Shown in pieces: positions 1 to 12,000 of a stretch of 64,000 nt of DNA. Source of the DNA: Macrostomum lignano (Eukaryota). The notes beneath the pieces are model-generated. The model was not told where the DNA came from. It saw only the letters and a list, made by a program, of their open reading frames with translations, and searched no databases. The position numbers and the translations under genes were made by a program. Every line of letters begins with the position of its first letter. Within the stretch, counting starts at the first letter, position 1. The stretch spans positions 1 through 64,000 of the forward strand of contig NIVC01003053.1 in assembly GCA_002269645.1 (NCBI GenBank). The letters run 5' to 3'.

Positions 1-3000
1 CATAGTCTGTTAATACACTTTCAGTTATAATATCTTTGTCGACTGTTGCAACTGTTCGCACTGTGTGAGTTTCACATGTTGCAACGACATTTTCAACTCC
101 AAACTCTCGGCGTTCCACGCTATAGCCTGAGCCGAAATCCTCCATAAACTCGCCGGTTTGGCACAGCACATCATTGCGAGGAGCTGACTGTTCCAGTGTA
201 ACAACTTGTTGCTGAAAAACTTCTTCAACACGCTCTTCTTGCTCGAATTCTGTCTCTACATCAATGCAGTACACAACTGTTTGAACCTCTGCTGCATTTG
301 TATTAGCTCCAGTCCTTACTTCTGCTGTGCACGTTTCGACCTCTGCCTCGCCATCGAACTGAACCGCAGCGTTAGCGTAGTCGGTATCCGGCATGGATGA
401 AGAATCTTTTGTTTCGACCTTTATAATCGTGTACAGATCATCCACTGCATCCTGTTGAGGTTCATCTGGCTCTGCATGACCTTCAAACTGAACCGAACTG
501 TTTGTGAGAATTCCTTCCGTCTGAACTTCCCTTTCGGTAGAATTTTCCTTTCTTTCTTCGTGCGGTACTTTTGTTTCAAGACGAGCCACAACCAAGGCAT
601 TGCACGAATCCTCAGGCTCAAATTGAACGTGTGCTTCAGCTGTGAATACTGACGTCCTCATCTGTGACGTCTTTTTAACCTCCTGATCAGCCGGGTCAAC
701 CCTAGGAGGTGTACACTCGTGTATGGTTGTTTCAAACGTTTCCTTAACTTCTTCTTCAACGAATTCCGTTTGAGTAGAGACTTCTGGTAATTTTCGTTTT
801 CTTGAGCGTGAGCGAGATCTTCTATCTCTCAGTACTAGAGAGTTCATCTGGACTTGAGCAGATCTCTGTTCAGCTCTGTGACGCACGCTCGTTTCGCCGG
901 ATTCGGGTCTTGACTTTCGCGTTAAAGTATCCACTTCATCTGCAATGAACTGCATCGCAGTTGAGGCGCACTCAATCGAAGTTTGGCATTCTTGATCAGT
1001 AATCTCTGTACTTTTTTTAGCGGCGCGTAGCTTTCCGGCGTACTTTGGCCGTTGATTTTCGTCGAAGTCTTCGAAGTCGTATTCAACAGAAGCATCAGCG
1101 CTGTAACACATCGTTTGCGTGTCTACGGAATCACAAAAAGTCTTTGTTTGAACTTCGACCTCCAATGTCTCGATGGCTTCGCTTACAGACAACTTGCGAG
1201 GCGTTGAAGAAATCAATGAGCACTGTATAACCGAGTCTTCAGTTTGAATTGGCTGAGACAGATTGTCGGTTCTAGCAACTACGCTGGCTTCAAGTGTTTC
1301 AGTATCTGGCTCTGTATAGTGAGTGACTGGAAACATGACATTGTCAACATACTGCTGAATTTCTCTACTGTCAGTCTTGTCAGGTTCATCGCTGTCCGAT
1401 CTGACTTCTGATTTTTCATCATCCACTGTTTGTGTTTCACTTCTGGAATGAAGAGCAACTTCAAACACGCACATGCTACTCGTGACAGAAATGGGCCATT
1501 GTGTCTTTACAAGCACATCACAGACTTCTACTGAGTATTGGCCTGAACTCTCATCCATTTCCTCTTTTGTCTGGTTTCCTTGAGAAACTTTCCTTGACTC
1601 TAGCGATTCTAGCGATTCATATCGTACCTCAGAAGATTCATATTGGCCACTACTGTCCTCCATGAATGACTTTGTCTGGCAAAATTTGTTACTAACAACT
1701 GGAGCTGCTGTTTCAGCAAGTTGAGCTTGCACTATTGTAATAACTTCTTCGTCGTCCTTGATTACGTCAGTGGACGCATCGTCTATCTCTATGCAGCAGC
1801 TCGTCTGAACAGAAGCAGTTTCTGTTATCATCAAACAGGCAACTTCGGCCGTTTCAACGTCTGTTCCACTACTCTTAGCCACGTGGACGACTGGCATAAT
1901 GTCCCACTTGGGACAGTAGGGCGGCACTTCGGACTCTTCTTCTTGCGCTGACGCTTCAAACTGTTCGGTATTCGTACTGGCGTTCTTGATCTTAGAGAAC
2001 GGAACGCCTCTCTGAACTCGCTTTGCTTGGCGCGGGATCTCAATAGGATCGCATGCAGCTTCAGCGCTGTCGACATGCCTAGGAGATGGCTCCGACTGAA
2101 AATCGATGCTACACTGAACTTCGATGTCACAACAGTACTCGATAGTCTGGGTGCCGAAGTCTTCAAATTCATCGGAAAGTCGACGAGGTCCAAACTGTTT
2201 TTTAACGTTGCGCGGTGAATCATCGAACTGTTCTTGAGTATCGATGCTACACTGAACTTCGATGTCACAACAGTACTCGAAAGTCTGGGTGCCAAAGTCT
2301 TCAAATTCATCAGAAAGTCGACGAGGTCCAAACTGTTTTTTAACGTTGCGCGGTGAATCATCGAATTGTTCTTGAGCCAGAACGGCTATTTCGGCGCGGA
2401 AGGCAGCTGGACATCCATGCTGAATGCACTTTCCCTTGAACTCCTTCGTGCTTTCAACTGGTCCTGGCTGCACATCAAACTGGACTTCACTGTCACAGCA
2501 GTATTCAATGGTTTGAGTACCAAAATCTTCAAATTCAGTTGAAAGTCGACGAGCCCCAAATTGTTTCCTTGAAGTTCCGGGCGAATCGTCTGATCTTTCT
2601 AGTGCCAGAACACCCGCTTCCATTCGGAGGGCAGTTGGGCATCCATGCTGAATGCATTTTCCCTTAAATTCCTTCGTGCTTGTAACTGGTCCTGACTGAA
2701 CATCAATGCTACACTGAACTTCCATGTCACAGCAGTATTCAATGGTTTGAGTACCGAAATCTTCAAATTCAGTGGAAAGTCGACGAGCCCCAAATTGTTT
2801 CCTCGAAGTTCCGGGTGAATCTTCGGATTTTTCTTGTGCCAAAATACCCGCCTCGATTCGGAAGGCAGCTGGACATCCATGCTGAATGCGTTTGCACTTG
2901 AATTCTTTTGCGGTGGTAGGCTCTGTGCTCTGCAGCTGCATTTGTACTTCTTCAAAGATTTCTTCCGTTTCCGTATTTGAGCTTGCTTCGCGAGTCATCA

Positions 3001-6000
3001 ACCAAGGGCAGCCTCGCTGGATGGCCTTCATCATCACTTGAATGTCGTACTGATTTCCACTGTCGATCATTTCGGTCTTGTCTTGAGTCACTTGGTATGG
3101 CACAGCAGGGCTCTCTAAGCCAGCAGTGTCGCATCCAACAGCACTCAGCTCTGTGTAGCACTGAACTCCACAGTCAACAAGTGAAGCCTTTGTCTGCGGT
3201 TCAGGTGAACTACCAAGGCCCTCGGTATCGCACTCGACTTCGTATTTCATGCTCCATGGGCAGCCACGCTGAATGGCTTTTCTCGCTATCCCAACATCAA
3301 ATTGATTTCCACTTTCGACAAGATCGCTCCTCTTGACTGGCGTAGTGAACGGCGGGTCCATGTCTGCGCTGCACTCAACTTCGTGTAGCATTGAAAACGG
3401 ACAACCCTTTTGTATTACCTTGCCAATTGTTCCAGGGGGCAAAAATGTACTCGTACTGTCTTGAGTAGCAGCCTTGTAGGCAACCAATATCTCTCCAGAG
3501 TCCTTTTCAACCTGAACGATAGTGGGCTGCGTGAGTTCGACTTGAATTCCGAGTTCTTCTATTTCCTGGAAGGACTGCGTTGCTGCATTGCTGCATTGAG
3601 GCACAGAAGCAGATTGAACTGGCACAGTTACTTCAATTTGAGTTGGCTCAAACAATTCTACTTGGACTCCCCACTCTTGAACTTCTTGAAACGCTTGAGT
3701 TGTTGCATCGCGCTTGCGTACCGGGGCGGACTCGAACTTTGGCGCCTGGACTGCAGCCACAATTTCTGTATCCGGATCAGTTTCAGTTCCTACGTCGGAG
3801 TGCATGGCAAACGGACATCCATGCTGAATAGCTTTTCGGTGAAGATCTGCTTTTATGCTTGCCTTCACCATTGCATCTGAGTACTCGGCAGTTTTTAAAG
3901 TCTCCGGGAGCACATACTGATCGTAGGATCCATATTCGACGTAGTCCTCAGTCTCGAAATTCTCCGTGTTTGAAGCAACGTTGCGAACGGCAAACGATGG
4001 ACAGCCTCGTTGAATTGCTTTTGATTTCCAGGTGATTTCTGGAGTGCCGACGTTTTCATCGAGCTTGCTAACAACCAATGGTACGGGAATTTCGATTGTT
4101 TCCGCCTTTAGCGGTTCGGTATTGCAGTCGCCATCAACCATCATAAAGTAGGGGCAACCGTGCTGAATCACCTTATGCTTAGATTCTGATTTAAATGTTG
4201 TCTCTCTGTCCAGCATCAAGGATCGGTGCGATTGAGTTGCGATGCTGACTTTTTCAGGAGGCGGTGCAGATTCTACAAAGCGAATTTGAACTGGCACCTC
4301 TTCATCTTCGGTATTAGTACCTGTTTCAACCAATCTGAAGAAAGAGCAGCCATACTGCGACACTTTATTGTCAAGGTTTGCATCGAACGTCGTCGAAATA
4401 TCTTTCATCCGTACGCCAAATTCCATTTTCGTTTCGGCGAATTCTTTTTCTGGCCCAGTAGTCGGAGATGTCACAACCGGTTCATAGAGACGAGCTTGAA
4501 TTCCAACGCTTTCATATTGAGATTGTTGATACTGAGTACCTAAATCGGCCAGTTCAGGTCGGGGTGTAGACTCTACATGGCGCACCTGAACTTCTACTTC
4601 CTCGACTTGATCTGTATTACAGTAGTTTTCGACTCGGTTCGAAAATGGCGAGCCCAACTGAATAACTTTGTGCACATGAGTGACATCAAAGCCGGTTGAT
4701 AGTTCTTGCATTTCTACTCTGGCTTTTACCTCAGAATCGTACATCTCCTTCTCAGCGGGTTTGGTCGTGTCCACCTTGACTATTGCATCCTCACGAGCAA
4801 CACCAAAGCCAGTTGATAGTTCTTGCATTTCTACTCTGGCTTTTACCTCAGATTCGGACACCTCCTTCTCAACGGGTTTGGTCGTGTCCACCTTGATGAT
4901 CGCATCCTCACGAGCAACACCAAAGCCGGTTGATAGCTCTTGCATTTCTACCCTGGCTTTTACCTCAGAGTCGGACACCTCCTTCTTAACAGGTTTGGTC
5001 GTGTCCACTTTGATGATCGCATCCTCACGAGCAACACCAAAGCCGGTTGATAGTTCTTGCATTTCTACTCTGGCTTTTACCTCAGAATCGGACACCTCCT
5101 TCTTAACAGGTGTGGTCGTGTCCACCTTGATGATCGCATCCTCACGAGCAACACCAAAGCCGGTTGATAGTTCTTGCATTTCTACTCTGGCTTTTACCTC
5201 AGAATCGGACACCTTCTTCTCGACAGGTGTGGTCGTGTCCACCTTGATGATTGTATCCTCATGAGCAACACCAAAGCCAGTTGATAGCTCTTGCATTTCT
5301 ACTCTGGCTTTTACCTCAGATTCGGATACCTCCTTCTCGACAGGTGTGGTCGTGTCCACCTTGATGATTGTATCCTCATGAGCAACACCAAAGCCAGTTG
5401 ATAGCTCTTGCATTTCTACTCTGGCTTTTACCTCAGAATCGGATACCTCCTTCTCGACAGGTGTGGTCGTGTCCACTTTGATGATCGCATCCTGCAAAAA
5501 TGATTGCGTCTGGACCTCAATGTTTTCTGTGTCGGCTTTTGGCGCTGATTGCAGCTGGACGACCTCCCGGATGACCTCCGGTTCCTCAGCCGGATCGGTC
5601 TGGACAAACATCTCGGCTAGATTGAAAGCCGATGTTCCTTTTTGGATTCGCTTTGCTTTTTGATACGGTTTGACACGCACGTGCTCCTCTAAGCCTACTC
5701 TATTTGCGGCTGCCTCTAGATCTGAGACTTTCTGTGACAGTTGAGCAACAAGGCTCTCGTATGTGTGGCACACAACCTCCAGACTCTGGTAGTCGTAGTC
5801 CAGTGCCACGACACAAGCATCAGCTGTTTCTTTTGGCTGGGTAGCTTTAAAACCTTTTTCTATAGTTTTTGGGCTTTCAGAAGTAAACAGAACCTGAAGG
5901 CTCTTGTCATCGCTAGATTGGTCATATTGCGCGGCTCTGTCAAGCAGAGGGGACCAGTACTGGGTCTGCGATTCAATTATACTAACTTTGCCACGACGAG

Positions 6001-9000
6001 CGCACTCTGGGCACTGGCTTCTAAACAACAGGCTGTCGTCCTGATAAGAAAGGCGTTTGCTGGTTGCAGCCCCATCGACATGCTCCACTTGAGTCGTTAA
6101 AGCAACACGAACCGATTCCGACTTTAAGTCTTTCTCTACTTCTTTAGCCACGACACTAACCTCGGCACAGTCGGCATAGTACGCCGACATGACGTCTCGC
6201 TTCTCAGTTTTGCCAGTCTGACAAGCCCTATTTATTCCTTCACGCTGCTGCACGGCCATAACTTGAACAGCTGTCTCCGGCTCGATATCAGTCTCTTCTT
6301 CCGTGTCTTCAATTAGTAGCTGATCGGTCTGTGTTTCGCTCGAACTCCAGATAAACATTGTTTGACAGTCTTGCTCAAATCTGCTAACCGTTTGGTCAGT
6401 TAAGCTGTCTTCATCTGATGACGATTCTTCTGTCTGAATGGCTGAGTCGGAGTAGAAATTCCACGGTACTCCGAGCTGTACTCGCTTTGAAATCAGCTGT
6501 GGCGCAGCCTGTGAGCTGAAGTCTTCTCCTCGGGCGTGGTAATGCAAGCTGGATTCGTTCAGCTCGGGATCAAACTGGCTTGATAAATCGGATTGCACAG
6601 TTGTCTTCACTTTCATTTGGCTCTCCTGAGCGTTCGGCTTCACTATAACATTAATATCGGTCTGCGTGCTTCTAGCAATATCCGCCTCATCCATTGAGCG
6701 TTCAGTTTGAAAGCCTGACTCGATTAAACTTTCACTTTCGCTGTCCATAGCCACAGTTTGAACGCTGTTATTTAAAGAAGCACTTGGCGCAAAGCCGCAG
6801 GCGGACTCCTTCATGGTCGGAGCAGAGTGCGTCTGGCATTGGAAATCTATCATTTCAGCCCTCGGTTTCTCAAACTGGGTCTCCAAGCCAACCTGCACAT
6901 GGCCAGTGGCTTCGAATCTCTCTGTCTGAATACCGAAGGTGCTGGAGCTAGCATTGAAAAATTGGGCATCGGTGTCTTGCATGGCCGAAACAACTTGCGT
7001 GCTTTTGTTCACTTGCTCAGTTGGTTCCATTTTTAGAGGTGCCTGCTCCACCTGCACAATTGTTTCGACTTCTTCCTCAGTTTGGCTAAACGCATTGTGC
7101 GATGACGCCAGGAGGACGTAGTGAGTACTGACATCCCTCATTTTCGTTGTACTCACGCTCTGAGCTGAAGCTATTGCGGAAACAGTTTGTGAGGAAACGT
7201 CCGACTTTTCGTCGAATACCCGAGCTACAATTCTGCTATCCGAACTCTCCAGCGCCGCTTCGGCCTCCGACGAAGAGGCAACAACACCGGGAACAAGAGT
7301 GGCAGAGTTTGCTGTCTTGAGGTAGTACTGCCCGCTGGAATCAACCATGACCCGAGAACCGGCCAAGGCACTGGCTGTTTTACCGAGCGGCTGAACGCGA
7401 GCGCTCTCATCTTGAGCATCAACTGTCTGGCTGAACACCGCCACAGACTCCCAGTGGCAATATCTGTTGATAAACCTTTGTCTGATGCATACAGCACGAA
7501 CTCGCTCTGGACGTCCCGCAGGGGTCCACGAGTCGATCGTGTTTTTGAGGTACTACTTTCAACAACAGTCTGCGATGTAACGTCGCGTGTTTCTGTTACC
7601 ACCTTGGCTATTATACTCTTTTCGGAACTCGACAGATGGCTTTGAGCTTCGGTCTCGGAGACGACTTGACCACGAACCATCATTCCAGTATCGGCACTGG
7701 CTAAGTAGTACTGTCCGGCACTGTCGCACATTAACTTGGATTGAGCAAAGGTGCTTTCAGCTAGTCTTGTTTTTGTTTGCGTGGCAAAGTCCTCTGAGGT
7801 CTTTACTGCATGTACATCCGCTGTAATGCTCTTATTAGACGAGTAAAGAGAATACTGCGTGTTCACTTCTGAAAGAGTAGAGCCGCTTTGTGTGGCAGCT
7901 TGCTTAGAGTCAGGGACTTGTGGTTGATGCGTCTGTACTGTAAAGTCTCTAGTATCGCTGCTGACTCTTGCAACAATGCTTCTCTCTGAAGTAGCCAAGT
8001 AGTTCTTAGCGTCGGATTCCGTAACCGGTTTGCCAGAAATGATCACACTACTGTCAGCGCTGGACAAGTAGTATTGGCCTGAGCTGTCTCGCATCAGCTT
8101 CGGCTGGTATTGGCTGCCTGCGTCGACATAGTCACCATCAACTTGCACCGAAAAATCTTCGCTGCGACTAGCTAGCATGGACAAGTCTTTAGTTGCGGAG
8201 TACAACTCGTACTGCTGCCGTTCTGCAACGATTTCCTCTTCCGTGGCAACAGTTTGGGTAGTGAAATCTCGAGCATTGCCGACGATTCTCGCCACAATGC
8301 TTTTCTCCGATGTGCTGAGGTGATGCCGCGCCTCAGACTCAGTCACAACTTTTCCTAGAACTCTGACGGCAGAATCCTGACTCGTCAAGTAGTACTGACC
8401 TGCACTGTCTCGCAGGAGACTTGGCTTTGACGCAGCACTGTGAACGCTGACCATTTTGGTCTGCGTGGCGAAATCCTCAGAAGATTTAACAAATTCAGCT
8501 GTTTGGCTCTTGCTAGATGAGAATAGATCATACTGTGCGTGTACGTCTGTGAGTTCATTTGTGCCGCTCTGCGTTCCACTCTCCTTTTTAACGGGGCGAG
8601 CGAGAGACGCTGTTTGAGTCGAGAAATCTTTTCCTTCATCTGAAACTCGAGCAACTATGTTCTTTTCAGAAGTATCTAGGTAGTACTGCGCCTCAGCCTC
8701 CGTCAGTGACTGGCCCTGCACCGCCACGCCTGCAGTGGAGCTCACCAGATAGAACTGCCCAGAGCTGTCCTTCATTAGTTTGGCCTGCGACACTGCCGCA
8801 TCAGAGTAGTCTAAATTGGCTTGAGTGCCAAACTCTTCCGAGCTTCTTACGTCCGCAGTTGCTAGCGACTTGTTAGACGAATAAAGGACGTACTGCTGCT
8901 CGCTGGAAATCAACTCGCGTCTGCTGTCTTCCTGAGCAGTTTGAGACGTGACGTCTCTGAATTTACTAATCACTCGAGCTACAATGTTGTTCTCAGAAGT

Positions 9001-12000
9001 ATTGAGCTGGTGCATAGCCTCCGACTCTGTGACAATTTGGCCCTGAACTCGAACGCTCGAGTCCTCGCTTGTCAGGTAGAACTGACCGGAGTTGTCGCGC
9101 ATCACCACTGGAAACCTGACTGCGCTGCTTTCGGCCGTACTTGACCTGGTCTGCGTTGAAAAGTCTTCCGAAGTGGCGCTGAAGTCTACAGTTACGCTTT
9201 TGTTTGATGAATACAACGCGTATTGAGTTTGCATTTCAGCCAGCGGTTGGCCACTCTGCGTCTCGCTTTCAGCCTTTCTAACCGACGCTGACCGCTGGTC
9301 AGTTTGAGTAGAGAAATCTTTTGAATCGGCAGTAACGCGAGCCACTATATTCTTGTCAGAGCTCGCCAAATGCTGTTTAACCTGAGACTCGGCTATCGGT
9401 GTACCGGCCACTGCAACGCTCGAATCGGCGCTGCACAAATAGTACTGCCCCGAGCTGTCTTTCATTAGTCGGGGAACGGCGTAATCGGCAGTGTCTCGAG
9501 ACGGAACAATCACATCGGAGGATAAATCAGCCGACAGGCTTTTGTCTGAAGAAAATAGCACATACTGCGTCTGCGATTCTTTCTGCTCGTTGCTTCTACG
9601 AAGTTCAGCTTCTTTGCGAGCCGACGATGACTCCATTAACGTTAGCGTTTGGGTAGAAAAGTCGCTCTTTTCTTCAGGGACACGGACCACAATGTTTTTG
9701 TCTGACGAGGTCAGGTACATCTGGGCTTCCGATTGGGTAACCTTTCTTCCAGCCATCGCCACGTTTGAGTCGCAGCTGTAGAGATAGTACTGTCCAGAGC
9801 TGTCTTTCATCAGTTTCGATTTGAATACGGCGCTGGACTCGTCTTTGGGACTCTCTCGTGGAGTATCCGCCTCCAAACTCTTATTAGACGTGTAAAGCAT
9901 GTACTGAGTGTCAACTTCAGCCAGGGTTTTTTCACTTTGATTGCTTGAATCTCTCGTGGCTGCAATGCACACCGTCTGGCCAGAGAAGTCCCGCGATTCG
10001 GTTTCAACTCGCGCAACGATATTCTTTTCCGAGCTGGCCAGGTGTTGGCGAGCCTGTGATTCTGTTACGAAAACGCCTTGAACTGCAACGTTAGAATTGG
10101 CAGAGGTCAGGTAGTACTGGCCGGAGCTATCGCGCAATAGTGCTGGTTGGAATACCGCCATCGACTGCGAGGAGACCTTCTGCGCTGAACTCATCGAGCT
10201 TTTCACCATGTCGGCGCCTACATCCTTGTCCGAAGAATACATCAGGTACTGACTGGAAACGTCTTTCAGGGCACCGCTGGCGTCGGCCTTCACTGCGGCA
10301 CTCTCGTTTCTTACTTTAACAACAATGTTCTTCTCAGAGCTGGTTAGATGTTGCACAACTTGGCCTGGACTGACAGGGGTGCCTTGGACAACAACCGAGC
10401 CATCAGTGCTTCCAAGGAAATACTGTCCGCTTGAGTCCTTCAGGAGTGTCACCTCGGTGTTGATTGCCATCTGGCGCAGATCTGGCTTGCCGGTTGCACT
10501 CGACTTGTCTGTTCTGAACACCACATACTGCGCTGTTGAATCGCTAGTAGCTCGAGGCTGAGTCGATGCTTCAGCTGTGGCTGAGCCGAAACTAGCGGCT
10601 AAGCTTTCGTCTCGGGTGAGCAGGTCGTACTGTGTATAAATCTCGCAAAGGCTCGATTTGGCCTCGCCAGAAAAGGCTGTCTGACTAGCCGCCCCAGTTA
10701 GTGGAACAACAGTCTCTTCTGTTACTCTAGCAACAATATTCTTTTCGGACGATTGCAGAGCGGTTTGTACTTGAGAATCTGCAATTAATTTTCCAGCAAT
10801 CGGATTGGTTCCCTGAGCGGTTGAGGTCAGGAAATACTGACCGCTGGAATCTCTTAAAAGCCTTGGTTGAGCCCTAGTTAGCTTTGGCTGGCTTTGGAAA
10901 ATTTCGAACTCTGAAGTGTCATCCGTAGTGGTCTCGCGCGAAACGTTGCTAGTAAAGCGATGGGCGACCTGCTTGTCCGATGAAAACAGCTTAAACTGGC
11001 ATTCCGAATCTCTGAGGCCTCCGGCTTGCTGGCGACTTTCGGAAACCTGCTGCTGGAAGTCGCTGGTCGCTGGAGTGGACACGCGAGCGACAACGACGCC
11101 ATCAACCATGCGGGTGAGGTAGGACTGCGCCTCGGCCTCGCTTACCGATTTGCCTTGGATCAGTGCATCTGCTTGGTTCAACGCGAGGCAGTAGCCGCCT
11201 TGCGAGTCACGCATCAGTTTAGGAATGAACTGAGTCTGAACATCTGATACAGTCTTCGTTGTAGTCTGGTCTTGTCGGTCGACACTGTACCGCTGGTACT
11301 GCGCTTCCGAGTCTGTCTGTTGGACAGTCGATGCCGCTGACATTGCCGTGGCTTCACGCGGTGTGTGGAACACAACGTACTCGTGGTTCATTCTGCTTGA
11401 CGTCTGAGATTGTGCATCTCGTCCAATCAGTTTTGCCGACAATTCTGGGCTTGACTCAAATAGCACGAACTGCGTCTCAGACTCTCGAGTCGCTGATTTT
11501 GTGCTTCTCAAATTTTCTGCACTAAACAGAAGGAATTGGGTCTCCTTGTCCGAGGATTCAGCTCGAGCCTGGGTTTCGGCAGTCGATGAATCGACGAAAG
11601 CAGACAGCTGCTTGCTGGCTTGGAACAGCAGATACTGCGAGCTGCGGCTTTCCGTGCTGGCTTGCTGGCTCACGCTAGCAGTTCTCTTGGTGGTTAGAGC
11701 GCTAACATCCTTGTCCGATTGGACCAGAACGTACTGGGCTTGTCTGTCAGCTGTGCGACTTTCTACCTGGGCACTGAAGTCTCTGGAATCGACCGTTGGC
11801 TTAACGCTTGCGTCGCATCGGAACAGGACAAACTGCGTCTGTGTGTCTGACGATTTAGCTCCTGCTTGAATTGTAGCGTCTTTGACTGTTGTAGTGGACA
11901 CTGTCGATAAGTCTTTGTCAGACTGGAAGAGAATGTACTGGGCCTGACTGTCCGCTGTCTGCCTACTAGTAGAAGCTTGCAGGCTCGCGTCCCTCAGCTG

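Noticed and set aside
7225-7444. C-terminal 75 aa of the 2293-aa ORF (SLWRCSARQLML...)
   Set aside because: Out-of-frame read-through after the 1-bp frameshift; the repeat pattern continues in the other frame.
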